From contig JBHLSH010000011.1 in assembly GCA_048881705.1 (NCBI GenBank), positions 1-64,000 of the forward strand: DNA of 64,000 bases. The letters are read 5' to 3'. Shown here piece by piece: positions 27,464 to 36,379 of the stretch. How positions within the stretch are numbered: the first letter of the stretch is position 1; each line of letters opens with the position of its first letter. The translations under genes were made by a program, and so were the position numbers. Source of the DNA: Candidatus Heimdallarchaeota archaeon. GTDB lineage: Archaea; Asgardarchaeota; Heimdallarchaeia; Hodarchaeales; Hodarchaeaceae. Below the pieces are notes generated by a model. It was not told the origin of the DNA. It saw only the letters and a list, made by a program, of their open reading frames with translations, and ran no database searches.

Positions 27464-28549
27464 ATGACAAAGATTCGAGTCGCTATTGCCGGTCTAGGTA
27501 ATTGTGCTTCCGCTCTCATTCAAGGAGTTCATTATTATCGAAATGAAAAGGATGATACACGCGTCCCAGGGCTCATGCACGTTAGGTTCGGGGAGTATCA
27601 TGTCAAGGATTTAGAATTTGTAGCTGCTTTCGAAGTTAATCGCGACAAGATCGGGAAATCGATTAGTGAGGCCATTTGGGTGCCTCCTAATTGTACCCCA
27701 AAATTCAGTGATGTGCCTCAAACAAAGGCTCGAGTATATCCAGGTCCAATTTCCGATGGTGTTCCTGAACACATGGTGAAATCATTTCGCTGCTATAATC
27801 CCGAGGAAACGAAAACAGCTGACATTGCTGAAATCTTAAATGAGACACAAGCCGATATCCTTGTAAATTTCCTCCCGGTTGGTAGTGAAGACGCTACTCG
27901 TTTATACGTTGACGCGTGTTTAGATACGGGTGTGGCCTTAGCTAATGGAATTCCGACTTTTATCGTGTCAGATCCTTCGAAAATTTGGCCCAAGAAATTC
28001 ATAGAGAAAGGAATACCCTGCGCTGGCGATGATATCAAATCACAGGTGGGGGCCACTATTTTGCATCGAGTGTTGGCAAAACTGATGCTTGACCGGGGTG
28101 TCGAAATCAAAAAGACTTACCAACTTAATGTGGGCGGTAACACCGATTTTGAGAACATGAAATACGAATCCAGGCTAAAAACGAAGCGGATCAGCAAAAC
28201 AGAAGCAGTTACAAGTTTGATACCACATGATGTGCCAACTCGAATTGGGCCCTCCGACTATGTGCCGTTCTTGAATGATCGCAAGATTTGCTACCTCTTG
28301 TTGGAAGGAGAAAAATTCGGAGGACAGCCGCTTTCAATCGAGTTAAAGCTCTCAGTTATCGATTCGCCCAACTCAGCTGGCGTAATGATTGACGTAATCC
28401 GTGCTCTTAAGATAGCACAAGATAGAAACGTGAAAGGACCCTTGACCTCAATTTCTTCGTATGCATTTAAGCACCCACCTAAACAAATTCCAGATTTCGA
28501 GGCACACAATTTGGTTGAGCAGTTCATAGCGGGAGAGGTAGAGAGATGA
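27464..28549 (+). CDS. ino1: Inositol-3-phosphate synthase
   Basis: IAGLGNCASALIQG, LPVGSEDA, GDDIKSQVGAT, QLNVGGNTDF, SKTEAV, GPSDYV, DSPNSAGV. Confidence 0.98.
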   Translation: MTKIRVAIAGLGNCASALIQGVHYYRNEKDDTRVPGLMHVRFGEYHVKDLEFVAAFEVNRDKIGKSISEAIWVPPNCTPKFSDVPQTKARVYPGPISDGVPEHMVKSFRCYNPEETKTADIAEILNETQADILVNFLPVGSEDATRLYVDACLDTGVALANGIPTFIVSDPSKIWPKKFIEKGIPCAGDDIKSQVGATILHRVLAKLMLDRGVEIKKTYQLNVGGNTDFENMKYESRLKTKRISKTEAVTSLIPHDVPTRIGPSDYVPFLNDRKICYLLLEGEKFGGQPLSIELKLSVIDSPNSAGVMIDVIRALKIAQDRNVKGPLTSISSYAFKHPPKQIPDFEAHNLVEQFIAGEVER

Positions 28550-28584
28550 TTAATAAGTTGGCAATATTTCAGTGAGAGGATTTT

Positions 28585-29523
28585 TTGAACATAAGAGAAG
28601 CTTTTCGGGATTTTTATGACCTAACTCGGCTCCCACTTGGAATAATGGGAGCGATTATGGGATTAACCGCAGGGATGATCGTCGTTCTTGTTCAACGAAA
28701 AGAGCCAGGCCAAAACTCTATCCTAGCAGTTATTCAGTTGTTACCTGAGTACTGGGATCTTGCTACGCTAGGTTTGGCCATCCCCTTCCTAATTGTGGGG
28801 GCTTCGATGGCTCTAAATGATTTTCATGATGTAGAGGCCGATCGGATCAATCAACGAATGGATCGGCCCTTGGTTCGCAATCCCTCCCTGAATCCTCAGT
28901 ACGTTCTCTTCTTGGCCCTTTCGATGATCGCACTTGGAATAATTATCTCATTCTTTCTATTTGTGGACAATCTTTTAGTGACAATTGGCGTAGCGATATT
29001 TAGTTTTCTGTCGATATCTTATAATCTATGGACCAAAGAAATGGGTATCATTGGTAACATGACGGTAGCGGCAAGTGATACAGCGCCCGCTATTTTGGCC
29101 CTGATTGCACTTAGGGGAACTGATCCTTCCACAATTCTTTTAGTTCTTTCAATGTCTGGTATCACTTTTTTTGGGGTTGTTGGTCGTGAGCTAGTTAAGG
29201 GAGTGATGGATATTGAGGGGGATAGAATTGCTAGATCAAATACTTTTGCTGTTAGGTTTGGACCGATAAGAGCTGTTCAATTAGCAACAATTTTTTTCGT
29301 TATATTAGCAGCTATCGCGCCTGTTCCATTATTTGTGAAGTTTCACAATAATTTACTCTATGTGATTCTAATGGGAATTACTCTTGGTCTCTTTTTCTAT
29401 AGCATTATCATTCTCTATCAAAATCCATCCGTAGAAAACGGAAAGAAAGCGAGGTCATACACTCGATTGGCGCTTTGGACAGGGGCATTATCCTTTTTGG
29501 CAGGTGCCCTCTTCTTGCCTTAA
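28585..29523 (+). CDS. UbiA-family prenyltransferase, DGGGP synthase-like
   Basis: First Asp-rich motif NDFHDVEADRIN...RPL; second motif RELVKGVMDIEGD; about eight TM helices. Confidence 0.8.
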   Translation: MNIREAFRDFYDLTRLPLGIMGAIMGLTAGMIVVLVQRKEPGQNSILAVIQLLPEYWDLATLGLAIPFLIVGASMALNDFHDVEADRINQRMDRPLVRNPSLNPQYVLFLALSMIALGIIISFFLFVDNLLVTIGVAIFSFLSISYNLWTKEMGIIGNMTVAASDTAPAILALIALRGTDPSTILLVLSMSGITFFGVVGRELVKGVMDIEGDRIARSNTFAVRFGPIRAVQLATIFFVILAAIAPVPLFVKFHNNLLYVILMGITLGLFFYSIIILYQNPSVENGKKARSYTRLALWTGALSFLAGALFLP

Positions 29524-29547
29524 TGTCATCCGCCCTAGGTTGAAACG

Positions 29548-30942
29548 ATGTTTGGTGATCCGAGTTTATTCTGTCAACGGATAGCTGAACGAAGTCGACT
29601 TCTTGAAGGCGAAGAAGGGATCAGAAAAATCATAGTGGAAATGTATCGCAGACAAGACCGTAAGATCTCAAACAAAGAACTAGCAATGCTTGTTAAGATC
29701 CCTGTCCCAGTATTATCTGCTGTGAGAAGTGAGTTGTTAAATGCAGGGTTCCTTGAAACCAAGAGTATTATATCTCCAGATGCTATTAAATGGATCAAAT
29801 CCGACTTAAAGTTAAACTATCCGTATACTTTCTTTCATGAGTTTATTTCATCTCTAGATAGCCCCCTTTCTCAAACCTATTACGACTTTTTCAAACCTGT
29901 CGTTACCTATCTTGATAAAAGACCATCTCCAGCCTATGAATATGATCAGTCAAGAAGTACCATAGAAACTGTCCTGAAAAGGGCCATGCTAATGCTTCTG
30001 AATGGAGATGTAGAAGGAAAAAGAATTATTGTTATGGGCGATGACGATGGAGTCTCATTAGCACTCGCCCACCTCCAATGTGCTGAAAAAATACTTGTTT
30101 TGGATATAGACCCTAGAGTTACCGAATATGTCGAATCTTTTAGCAAGCAATACGGTTTCACTTCCGTTTTAGGTTCGCGGATTTATGATATTCGAGGAAA
30201 TTTGCAGGAACCCTGGGTTCGCGGGTTTAATGTTTTCGAAACAGATCCCCCTTATACGGTCCCGGGGTTTCGCCTGTTTATTCAACAGGCATTAAAATTT
30301 CTGGATCCGTACAGGAGTGGAAAAGGATACATTTCGTTTGGAACTAAATCTCCCCATTCGACTTGGTTATGTCAACAATATCTTCTAGAGAATGGATTTA
30401 CGATAAGCGACTTTTTTTCTGGGTTTAATGAATATTTAGGATCTACAATATTAGGAAATAGATCCAACCTATATGTTGTGAGCAATGTACCTCAAAAATA
30501 TAGCATTCCGGAAAGTAAAAGCCTCAATCTGGCGATTTATACCGCCGATGAAGAACAAAAGAAGAAAGGCTTGGCCAAGGGTCTGCCATCCGTAGGATTC
30601 CAGATTATCGCAGAATTTTACGGTGTCAAACACAAGTTGCTTACAGACGCATCTCTGCTCCAAGATATACTACAGCATGGGATCACTTTAAGCAGGCTTA
30701 AAGTAGATGAACTCTTCGTCAAAGAGTACACTCCTTTTGGATTTTCAATCATTGCGATTTTGGTTGAAAGCCATTGTCACCTACACACATGGCCTGAACA
30801 TGAATATTTAGCATTAGACCTATTTGTATGCGAAGAACAAGAGAAAGCTGAAATATTGTATAATTTCCTCATAGACCAACTTGAACCCCTAGATTATCAC
30901 TCCAGAAAATTCTTTCGAGGTACTCCTGGAAGGTCTTATTAA
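29548..30942 (+). CDS. bpsA-speD: Fusion of branched-chain polyamine synthase BpsA (DUF43) and pyruvoyl-dependent S-adenosylmethionine decarboxylase
   Basis: N-part: YDQ...TVLKRA, GDVEGKRIIVMGDDDGVSL, LDIDPR, ETDPPYT. C-part: IIAEFYG, PFGFSIIAILVESHCHLHTWPEHEYLALDLFVC. One continuous frame. Confidence 0.88.
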   Translation: MFGDPSLFCQRIAERSRLLEGEEGIRKIIVEMYRRQDRKISNKELAMLVKIPVPVLSAVRSELLNAGFLETKSIISPDAIKWIKSDLKLNYPYTFFHEFISSLDSPLSQTYYDFFKPVVTYLDKRPSPAYEYDQSRSTIETVLKRAMLMLLNGDVEGKRIIVMGDDDGVSLALAHLQCAEKILVLDIDPRVTEYVESFSKQYGFTSVLGSRIYDIRGNLQEPWVRGFNVFETDPPYTVPGFRLFIQQALKFLDPYRSGKGYISFGTKSPHSTWLCQQYLLENGFTISDFFSGFNEYLGSTILGNRSNLYVVSNVPQKYSIPESKSLNLAIYTADEEQKKKGLAKGLPSVGFQIIAEFYGVKHKLLTDASLLQDILQHGITLSRLKVDELFVKEYTPFGFSIIAILVESHCHLHTWPEHEYLALDLFVCEEQEKAEILYNFLIDQLEPLDYHSRKFFRGTPGRSY

Positions 30943-30969
30943 AAGATAAAAACGTCAAGCGGTGAGTTT

Positions 30970-31635
30970 TTGGCAGATGACCCAGAAGTCGAGCTAGAAG
31001 CAAGTACAGACTTCAATTTTTTCAATGAACTTACCCGTAAATCAGTTCATTTGCTTGTGTTGCTCATTCCTCTGACCTATCATGTTTTGAATTTTGACTT
31101 ATGGATCATTCAGCTTGCGTTGCTTGCCACATTAGTGTTTTTCATACCTCTGGAGTTTTATAGACTTAGAATAAACCCTAACTTTTGGCTTAACTACCTA
31201 ACCAGACAAGCCGAAAAAACGGAGCCTGCCAATTATGTGGTTGTCTCAATAGTATGGTTTCTAATATTATTAGGGGTGAACCTATTCTATTCTATTGAGA
31301 TGGCTGAGATGGCAATTGTGTCAACCCATCTTGGGGATTCTCTCGCTGCGCTTTTTGGACGGGGTCTTGGAAAAAATCGATTGCCCCTAACAGAAGGGAA
31401 GACCATTGAGGGTTATATAGCAGGAGTTCTCGGGACGTACAGCCTGGCTTGGATTTTCCTATCATGGCTTGGTATCCCCTCATTATTACTCCCCGTGCTG
31501 CCAGCCCTCGTAGTCGGTCTTTTTGATTTCTTCGAAAACCTACCTTTTTGGGCGGCAGACAATCTAATCCATCCTGGGGTAACTGTCTTCGTCATCTTTA
31601 TTCTTGATATGGTAGGAATTCTCCATTACTTGTAA
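30970..31635 (+). CDS. CTP-dependent isoprenoid alcohol kinase (SEC59/dolichol/phytol kinase family)
   Basis: ELTRKSVHL, GDSLAALFGRGLG, KTIEG, DNL; about six TM helices. Confidence 0.85.
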   Translation: MADDPEVELEASTDFNFFNELTRKSVHLLVLLIPLTYHVLNFDLWIIQLALLATLVFFIPLEFYRLRINPNFWLNYLTRQAEKTEPANYVVVSIVWFLILLGVNLFYSIEMAEMAIVSTHLGDSLAALFGRGLGKNRLPLTEGKTIEGYIAGVLGTYSLAWIFLSWLGIPSLLLPVLPALVVGLFDFFENLPFWAADNLIHPGVTVFVIFILDMVGILHYL

Positions 31636-31648
31636 GACATACTCAATA

Positions 31649-32374
31649 TCACTGCTTCAAAGGAACCATTGAATTTGAGTTGCACATTATACATCCATGA
31701 TTATCAATAAAGCATTGCTTACAATAAGGTGAAAGGCAGCCCACGTTACCGCATCGAACCTCTGCAAAACCTCCACAGGACAAACATCGCGTTTTTCGAC
31801 CCAATAGATCACGAGTGTTCGTAAATCGCCGAATACGAAAATAAATGACAATAACGGGTAAAATCAAAAGAATTATAATGAGGGGAATAAAGAAAGGGAT
31901 GTCAAATGGCGACAATGGGAGAGTAGTTGCATCGACAAGTATCTCCCGGAGGTGGATTTGATAGAATAGTTCTTTGCCATAAAGGCGGTCGCTGGTATTC
32001 GTAAAACCTTTGGAACTAAATGCTGGAATAGTAACGGTTTTTGTCTCTCTAGCCCGCATACCTATGAGAGCTTCCATAAACCCAGCATTTGGCGGGGTAT
32101 GAATATCAGGGAAACGCTCATAGAGTTCCGCAGGAACGGTTGAATCGCTCGGATCGTGGACATAGACTGTACCGTTCTGGATATCATCTATGGTATTATC
32201 TACCCAGAGGGTGTAATTAAGAACTACCACATCATTCAATTCAACAATGGTCTCTGGAGTAACTTCTAGGGCCTCTACTTTCTGTATAGTATGAAAAGAA
32301 TATAGATTGGAACAAAAAGTAACACAAAGCATTGATAAGAAGAAAATTCTAAAAAAATGAAATTTTTCTAACAT
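31649..32374 (-). CDS. Signal peptide + FKBP-type PPIase-like domain + TM helix + 8-Cys zinc finger
   Basis: DVVVLNYTLWVD...GFMEALIGMRARETKTVTIPA...GF...LYGKELFYQIHL (FKBP pattern); TM FFIPLIIILLILPVIVIYF; tail CLSC-x7-CGNVGC-x4-CKQC-x6-CIMC. Confidence 0.75.
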   Translation of the reverse strand: MLEKFHFFRIFFLSMLCVTFCSNLYSFHTIQKVEALEVTPETIVELNDVVVLNYTLWVDNTIDDIQNGTVYVHDPSDSTVPAELYERFPDIHTPPNAGFMEALIGMRARETKTVTIPAFSSKGFTNTSDRLYGKELFYQIHLREILVDATTLPLSPFDIPFFIPLIIILLILPVIVIYFRIRRFTNTRDLLGRKTRCLSCGGFAEVRCGNVGCLSPYCKQCFIDNHGCIMCNSNSMVPLKQ

Positions 32375-32444
32375 AAGAAAGCCAACGAATCAGCCATTGG
32401 GAGAGACAAATGACATGCAAAGTTAATTTTCAATCTTTTAACCG

Positions 32445-33077
32445 TTATTCGGAATCAGATTCCGTAGGGTAACTTTTCGCTTCCTGAATTTCTCTTTCAG
32501 CCAATTTTAGCTTTAGGTAGGAATCCCATTCCTCTTGGGTTTTATTCATTTTTTGTTGCCAATCTGCATTTAACTGAGCGATCTGTTGTGTATATTCCTG
32601 TTCCATTGAACTAACACGATTCTGTAATTCCTGTATTACATTACTCATGTTTGTTAATTGAGTCAAGGACTCGTTTTTTTCCCTTTCGAGGATTGTGGTA
32701 CGTTGTTCTAGGGACTTCGTTTTTGCCGTTAATCCCTCGATCTCTCTATCTTTTTTCTCCACTTGTTGATTCAGTTCCTCAAAATCAGCCTTTTGGATTT
32801 TTGATTGGTTCTTATTCCTGCTCCTTACCTTTTTTGCAATAGTTATGGAGGCTTGGTTTAAAAGATCCTGGTTAATGCGAATCAATTTATCTGCCATTTC
32901 ACGAACGAACTGTTCGGCTTGAGTTAGGGAAACGCTACCACGTGCCATAACTTGCCGCGAAATCTCTCTAGAGTATTGTTCTTTACAGTCTCCCATTAGT
33001 TCCTTGCTTGCCGCAATGAGTTCTTGATCAAATAATTTCATGATATATTGGCCCATATCAAAGTATTGCTCAGTCAT
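32445..33077 (-). CDS. Coiled-coil protein of unknown function
   Basis: E/Q/K/L-rich with heptad periodicity over about 100 aa (FEELNQQVEKKDREIEGL...). Confidence 0.8.
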   Translation of the reverse strand: MTEQYFDMGQYIMKLFDQELIAASKELMGDCKEQYSREISRQVMARGSVSLTQAEQFVREMADKLIRINQDLLNQASITIAKKVRSRNKNQSKIQKADFEELNQQVEKKDREIEGLTAKTKSLEQRTTILEREKNESLTQLTNMSNVIQELQNRVSSMEQEYTQQIAQLNADWQQKMNKTQEEWDSYLKLKLAEREIQEAKSYPTESDSE

Positions 33078-33123
33078 TTTATGCTCACCGATGGAATAGC
33101 GAATGAGTATTCATGAAAAACCA

Positions 33124-33663
33124 CTACCCGGAGAAAAAACGCGAATTTATTGCCTCATGATCTAATAACCTTTTCTTTAGTAAAACCCCTCCTCGAAATC
33201 CAGTCAGATTTCCGTTTTTGCCAATCACTCGGTGGCACGGAATAATGATGGGGATTGGATTTTGCCCGTTCGCCAAGCCAACAGCTCGACTACTGCCGGG
33301 TTTGTTGATTTTTTGAGAGACCCAGCTATAGGATTTGGTCGCACCGTACGGTATAGTCAATAAAGATCTCCAAACCTTTAATTGAAATGGTGTACCTCTT
33401 AAATCCAATGGGCAATCAAAATTCTGTCTTCTTCCATCAGCATATTCAAGCAATTGTTCGCTTGCGGAAGATGGAAGACCTGCAGGGACAATCCTGAATC
33501 TTTTCTCCGATGTTGTGAGCCATGCTTGATAATATTCATTCTCAGGCTCAAGGAACACACGAAACACGCCTTTTTGAGTACTCAGAACAATCAAATCCAC
33601 AATTGAAGTGGAAAGCTTTTCTTCATGGAGTATTTCTCGGTCTTTGTGATAAGTTTCACTCAT
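33124..33663 (-). CDS. ogt: Methylated-DNA--protein-cysteine methyltransferase
   Basis: GTPFQLKVW, IPYGATKSY, SRAVGLANGQNPIPIIIPCHRVIG, GF.GG...K..LL.HE. Confidence 0.97.
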   Translation of the reverse strand: MSETYHKDREILHEEKLSTSIVDLIVLSTQKGVFRVFLEPENEYYQAWLTTSEKRFRIVPAGLPSSASEQLLEYADGRRQNFDCPLDLRGTPFQLKVWRSLLTIPYGATKSYSWVSQKINKPGSSRAVGLANGQNPIPIIIPCHRVIGKNGNLTGFRGGVLLKKRLLDHEAINSRFFSG

Positions 33664-33794
33664 GTTGCCATCCCTGAAAGATGTTTCATCCGGTGTTTTT
33701 TGAACTTATTTGCATCTTTGGCCCGAAGAAAGGGAAGGTATTTTTTTTAATCACATCGTTTAATTTCATTGCCCAAAAGGAGAGGATTGACCGA

Positions 33795-34673
33795 ATGTTG
33801 GATAAAGAAATAGAAAAAGCTCTAATACGTGCACAAAGGAACGAGATTACAGAGTACCGTATATATTCAAAGCTTGCCTCGGGAGCCTCGACGGATCACA
33901 ACCGAGAAATCCTTAATAAAATTGCTGAGGAAGAAATGAAGCATTATGACCAATTCAAGGAATGGTCGAAACGGGAAATTAAGCCATCAAAACCCATCGT
34001 GTTCTTCTATACCCTCATTGCTCGTTTTTTTGGTTTAACATTCAGTGTGCGTTTGATGGAGTTAGGAGAGGGAAGAGCACAAAGAAATTATGCAGTGATT
34101 GCTCCTCATATTCCTGATATTGAACATATTATTGAAGAGGAAGAAGAACACGAAAAGCTTCTCATTGCGCTCTTGGATGAAGAATTACTTGATTATATGG
34201 GGTCCGTAGTATTGGGGTTGAATGATGCCCTAGTAGAATTGACTGGTGCTTTGGCAGGTCTTACCTTTGCACTAAACGACACACGATTGATCGCCATTGC
34301 TGGGTTAGTAACGGGAATTGCCGCATCCATGTCCATGGCAGCTTCAGAATATCTTTCTACAAAATCTGAAGAAGTTTCCTCTAAAAGCCCAATAAAAGCC
34401 GCCATGTATACAGGAGCGGCCTACATCGTCACAGTAATATTCCTGGTAGCACCATACATGTTATTCCCCAATGAGTCTCCCCTCCTTAGTTTGGGGATTG
34501 CACTCATTAATGCTATTATTATCGTATTCTTATTCACGTTTTATATATCTGTAGCGAAGGATCTTCCCTTTAGGAAACGTTTTCTTGAAATTGTAGGAAT
34601 CTCCCTAGGAATTGCTGCGATATCCTTCGTAATCGGATTCGTAGTGAATTCCACGTTCAACATTGACATATAA
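33795..34673 (+). CDS. VIT1/CCC1 iron transporter with N-terminal ferritin/rubrerythrin-like domain (MbfA-like)
   Basis: NEITEYRIY...IAEEEMKHY and EEEEHE carboxylate motifs; VLGLNDALVEL, AASMSMAASEYLS. Start moved to ATG 33795. Confidence 0.92.
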   Translation: MLDKEIEKALIRAQRNEITEYRIYSKLASGASTDHNREILNKIAEEEMKHYDQFKEWSKREIKPSKPIVFFYTLIARFFGLTFSVRLMELGEGRAQRNYAVIAPHIPDIEHIIEEEEEHEKLLIALLDEELLDYMGSVVLGLNDALVELTGALAGLTFALNDTRLIAIAGLVTGIAASMSMAASEYLSTKSEEVSSKSPIKAAMYTGAAYIVTVIFLVAPYMLFPNESPLLSLGIALINAIIIVFLFTFYISVAKDLPFRKRFLEIVGISLGIAAISFVIGFVVNSTFNIDI

Positions 34674-35192
34674 CAAGCGATATAATCGGGCAAAGAATCC
34701 CTTGGCCTACAAATCCTGTAGCGATTGTGGTCAATGGTTCTTGCATCAAAGAATAGATTCCCCTATATCAGCTGCTAGTGGTAAAGCGTATTTTCCGCTG
34801 TACATCTGTAACCATGGCATGTGGTCTTCTTATCTCTCCCACTTGAAATAAATATGTCATAATGGATTTTATTCTAGCGTATCCTGTTATCAAATCACGA
34901 TCGACATGATTCCGAGCAAATTCAGCAGAACCTTTCAATTCTGGGTTCTAAAAAGATTGGAATGGTACCCGACCATCAAGTAGAAACACAAGTCTTTTTA
35001 AGAACCTCTCGAGAGATGAGGAATATGGAAATATACCACTGTGATTAGATACCATTTTATATTGGCAACCATTTTATGATAACGATGTAAGATATCCTTA
35101 ATCACAGACGGTATCAACCAAGTTACTCCATCGTTGACAATTAAATCCATATACCCCTTCATACTAGATAACATAAATGAGGTTACAGAGCA

Positions 35193-35561
35193 TTGAGCTA
35201 CCAAGATATGATGAATAGTCTCATTCAAAATGGTTATATCTCCATTGTGACAATCCTAGACCCTAATGGCAATGTCTATTGGACAAATCAACCCGCCTGG
35301 CAAGTAGACGGGCCCTCTCTCCTTAGATCCTGGCAAAATCGTGAACCAGGAGTCACAATAGCCGGAACACGCTTTTCGGTAATGATTAGTGAGTGGGATG
35401 CTGGTAGGCTTGTCGGCCGAAATGTTGGTGGTGCTGGGGCTGTCGTAATGGTTCGTGCCCCAAACAACTACTTTTTCCTTACTTGGACTCCAGGGGATGT
35501 CAAAATCCCTCCTCTAAACATTTACACAGAAGTTGAACGGATGGCGGTCTTATTCCGCTAG
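35193..35561 (+). CDS. Profilin (Asgard type)
   Basis: 122 aa; MSYQDMMNSLI N-terminal helix, ILDPNGNVYW, GVTIAGTRFSVM, GRLVGRNVGGAGAVVM and a C-terminal helix match the profilin pattern. TTG start after GAGGT. Confidence 0.85.
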   Translation: MSYQDMMNSLIQNGYISIVTILDPNGNVYWTNQPAWQVDGPSLLRSWQNREPGVTIAGTRFSVMISEWDAGRLVGRNVGGAGAVVMVRAPNNYFFLTWTPGDVKIPPLNIYTEVERMAVLFR

Positions 35562-35569
35562 ATCCATAC

Positions 35570-35590
35570 GTTTTTCGTCCTTTTTTTTCT
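35570..35590 (+). terminator. Probable oligo-T terminator after profilin
   Basis: T5 run then T8 run (35581-35588) just after the stop codon. Confidence 0.45.
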
Positions 35591-35623
35591 ACGGGGGTTA
35601 CGGAAGTAGGAAAACTCAGACAG

Positions 35624-36340
35624 TTAGAGGCCTATCCCGAGGACGGTTCTGATTTTGGCCTGCAATAAATAGAGAAGATGCCTCAAGCCGTCTCGAAAAG
35701 GGTTGAGCTTTGAATAGCTGGATTTTGGACGTGCAGAGTAATTAATGGGAATTTCACAGATTCTTAGCTTTCTCTGAAGAGCTTTTACTACAAGTTCAGA
35801 AGCGAACTCCATCCCACCTGAAACCAAGTTAAGATTGTTACCAAGTTCACGGTTAAATGACCTAAAGCCAGTATGAACATCCGTCAATTTGTGATGATTT
35901 CCAAACAGAAAGTTGACAAGAAAAGTAAGCAATATATTTCCAAAGCGATTCAATCCTCGTAATCCTCCTTTCTCAATTGTTCCTTGGAATCTTGAGCCTA
36001 AAACAATATCAGCTTGGCTATCTTGAAGAAGAGAAATCATCTTCACTGATGTTTGTATTGGATAGCTTGCATCTCCGTCCACTAGGATAAGGATATCTCC
36101 CGATGCAGCACGTAATCCCGCCTTGCATGCGTGTCCATACCCGCGCTCTGGTTCAAAAACGATTTTAGCTCCACGTGCCTCTGCTACTGTTGCAGTACGG
36201 TCTTCAGATTTATTATCAACTACAAGAACTTCAAGCTCGAAACCCATCGTACGAATATCTTCCGTGGGGATGGCATCAAGAGTCATTCCAATGGCTGCTT
36301 CTTCATTAAGAGCGGGGATGATAAAGGAGATCTTCTTCAT
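35624..36340 (-). CDS. Glycosyltransferase family 2 (DPM1/polyprenol-phosphate glycosyltransferase-like)
   Basis: IIPALNEE, VVDNKSEDRT, RGYGHACKAG, VDGDASY, GSRF, LTDVHTGFR, GMEFASE, EIPINYSAR. Confidence 0.95.
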   Translation of the reverse strand: MKKISFIIPALNEEAAIGMTLDAIPTEDIRTMGFELEVLVVDNKSEDRTATVAEARGAKIVFEPERGYGHACKAGLRAASGDILILVDGDASYPIQTSVKMISLLQDSQADIVLGSRFQGTIEKGGLRGLNRFGNILLTFLVNFLFGNHHKLTDVHTGFRSFNRELGNNLNLVSGGMEFASELVVKALQRKLRICEIPINYSARPKSSYSKLNPFRDGLRHLLYLLQAKIRTVLGIGL

Positions 36341-36379
36341 CTGGCATTCCTAGGGAATTGATCATTAAACCTTGCTTTT

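Noticed and set aside
34998-35228. 76-aa - strand ORF
   Set aside because: Overlaps the profilin start and promoter region; no motif.
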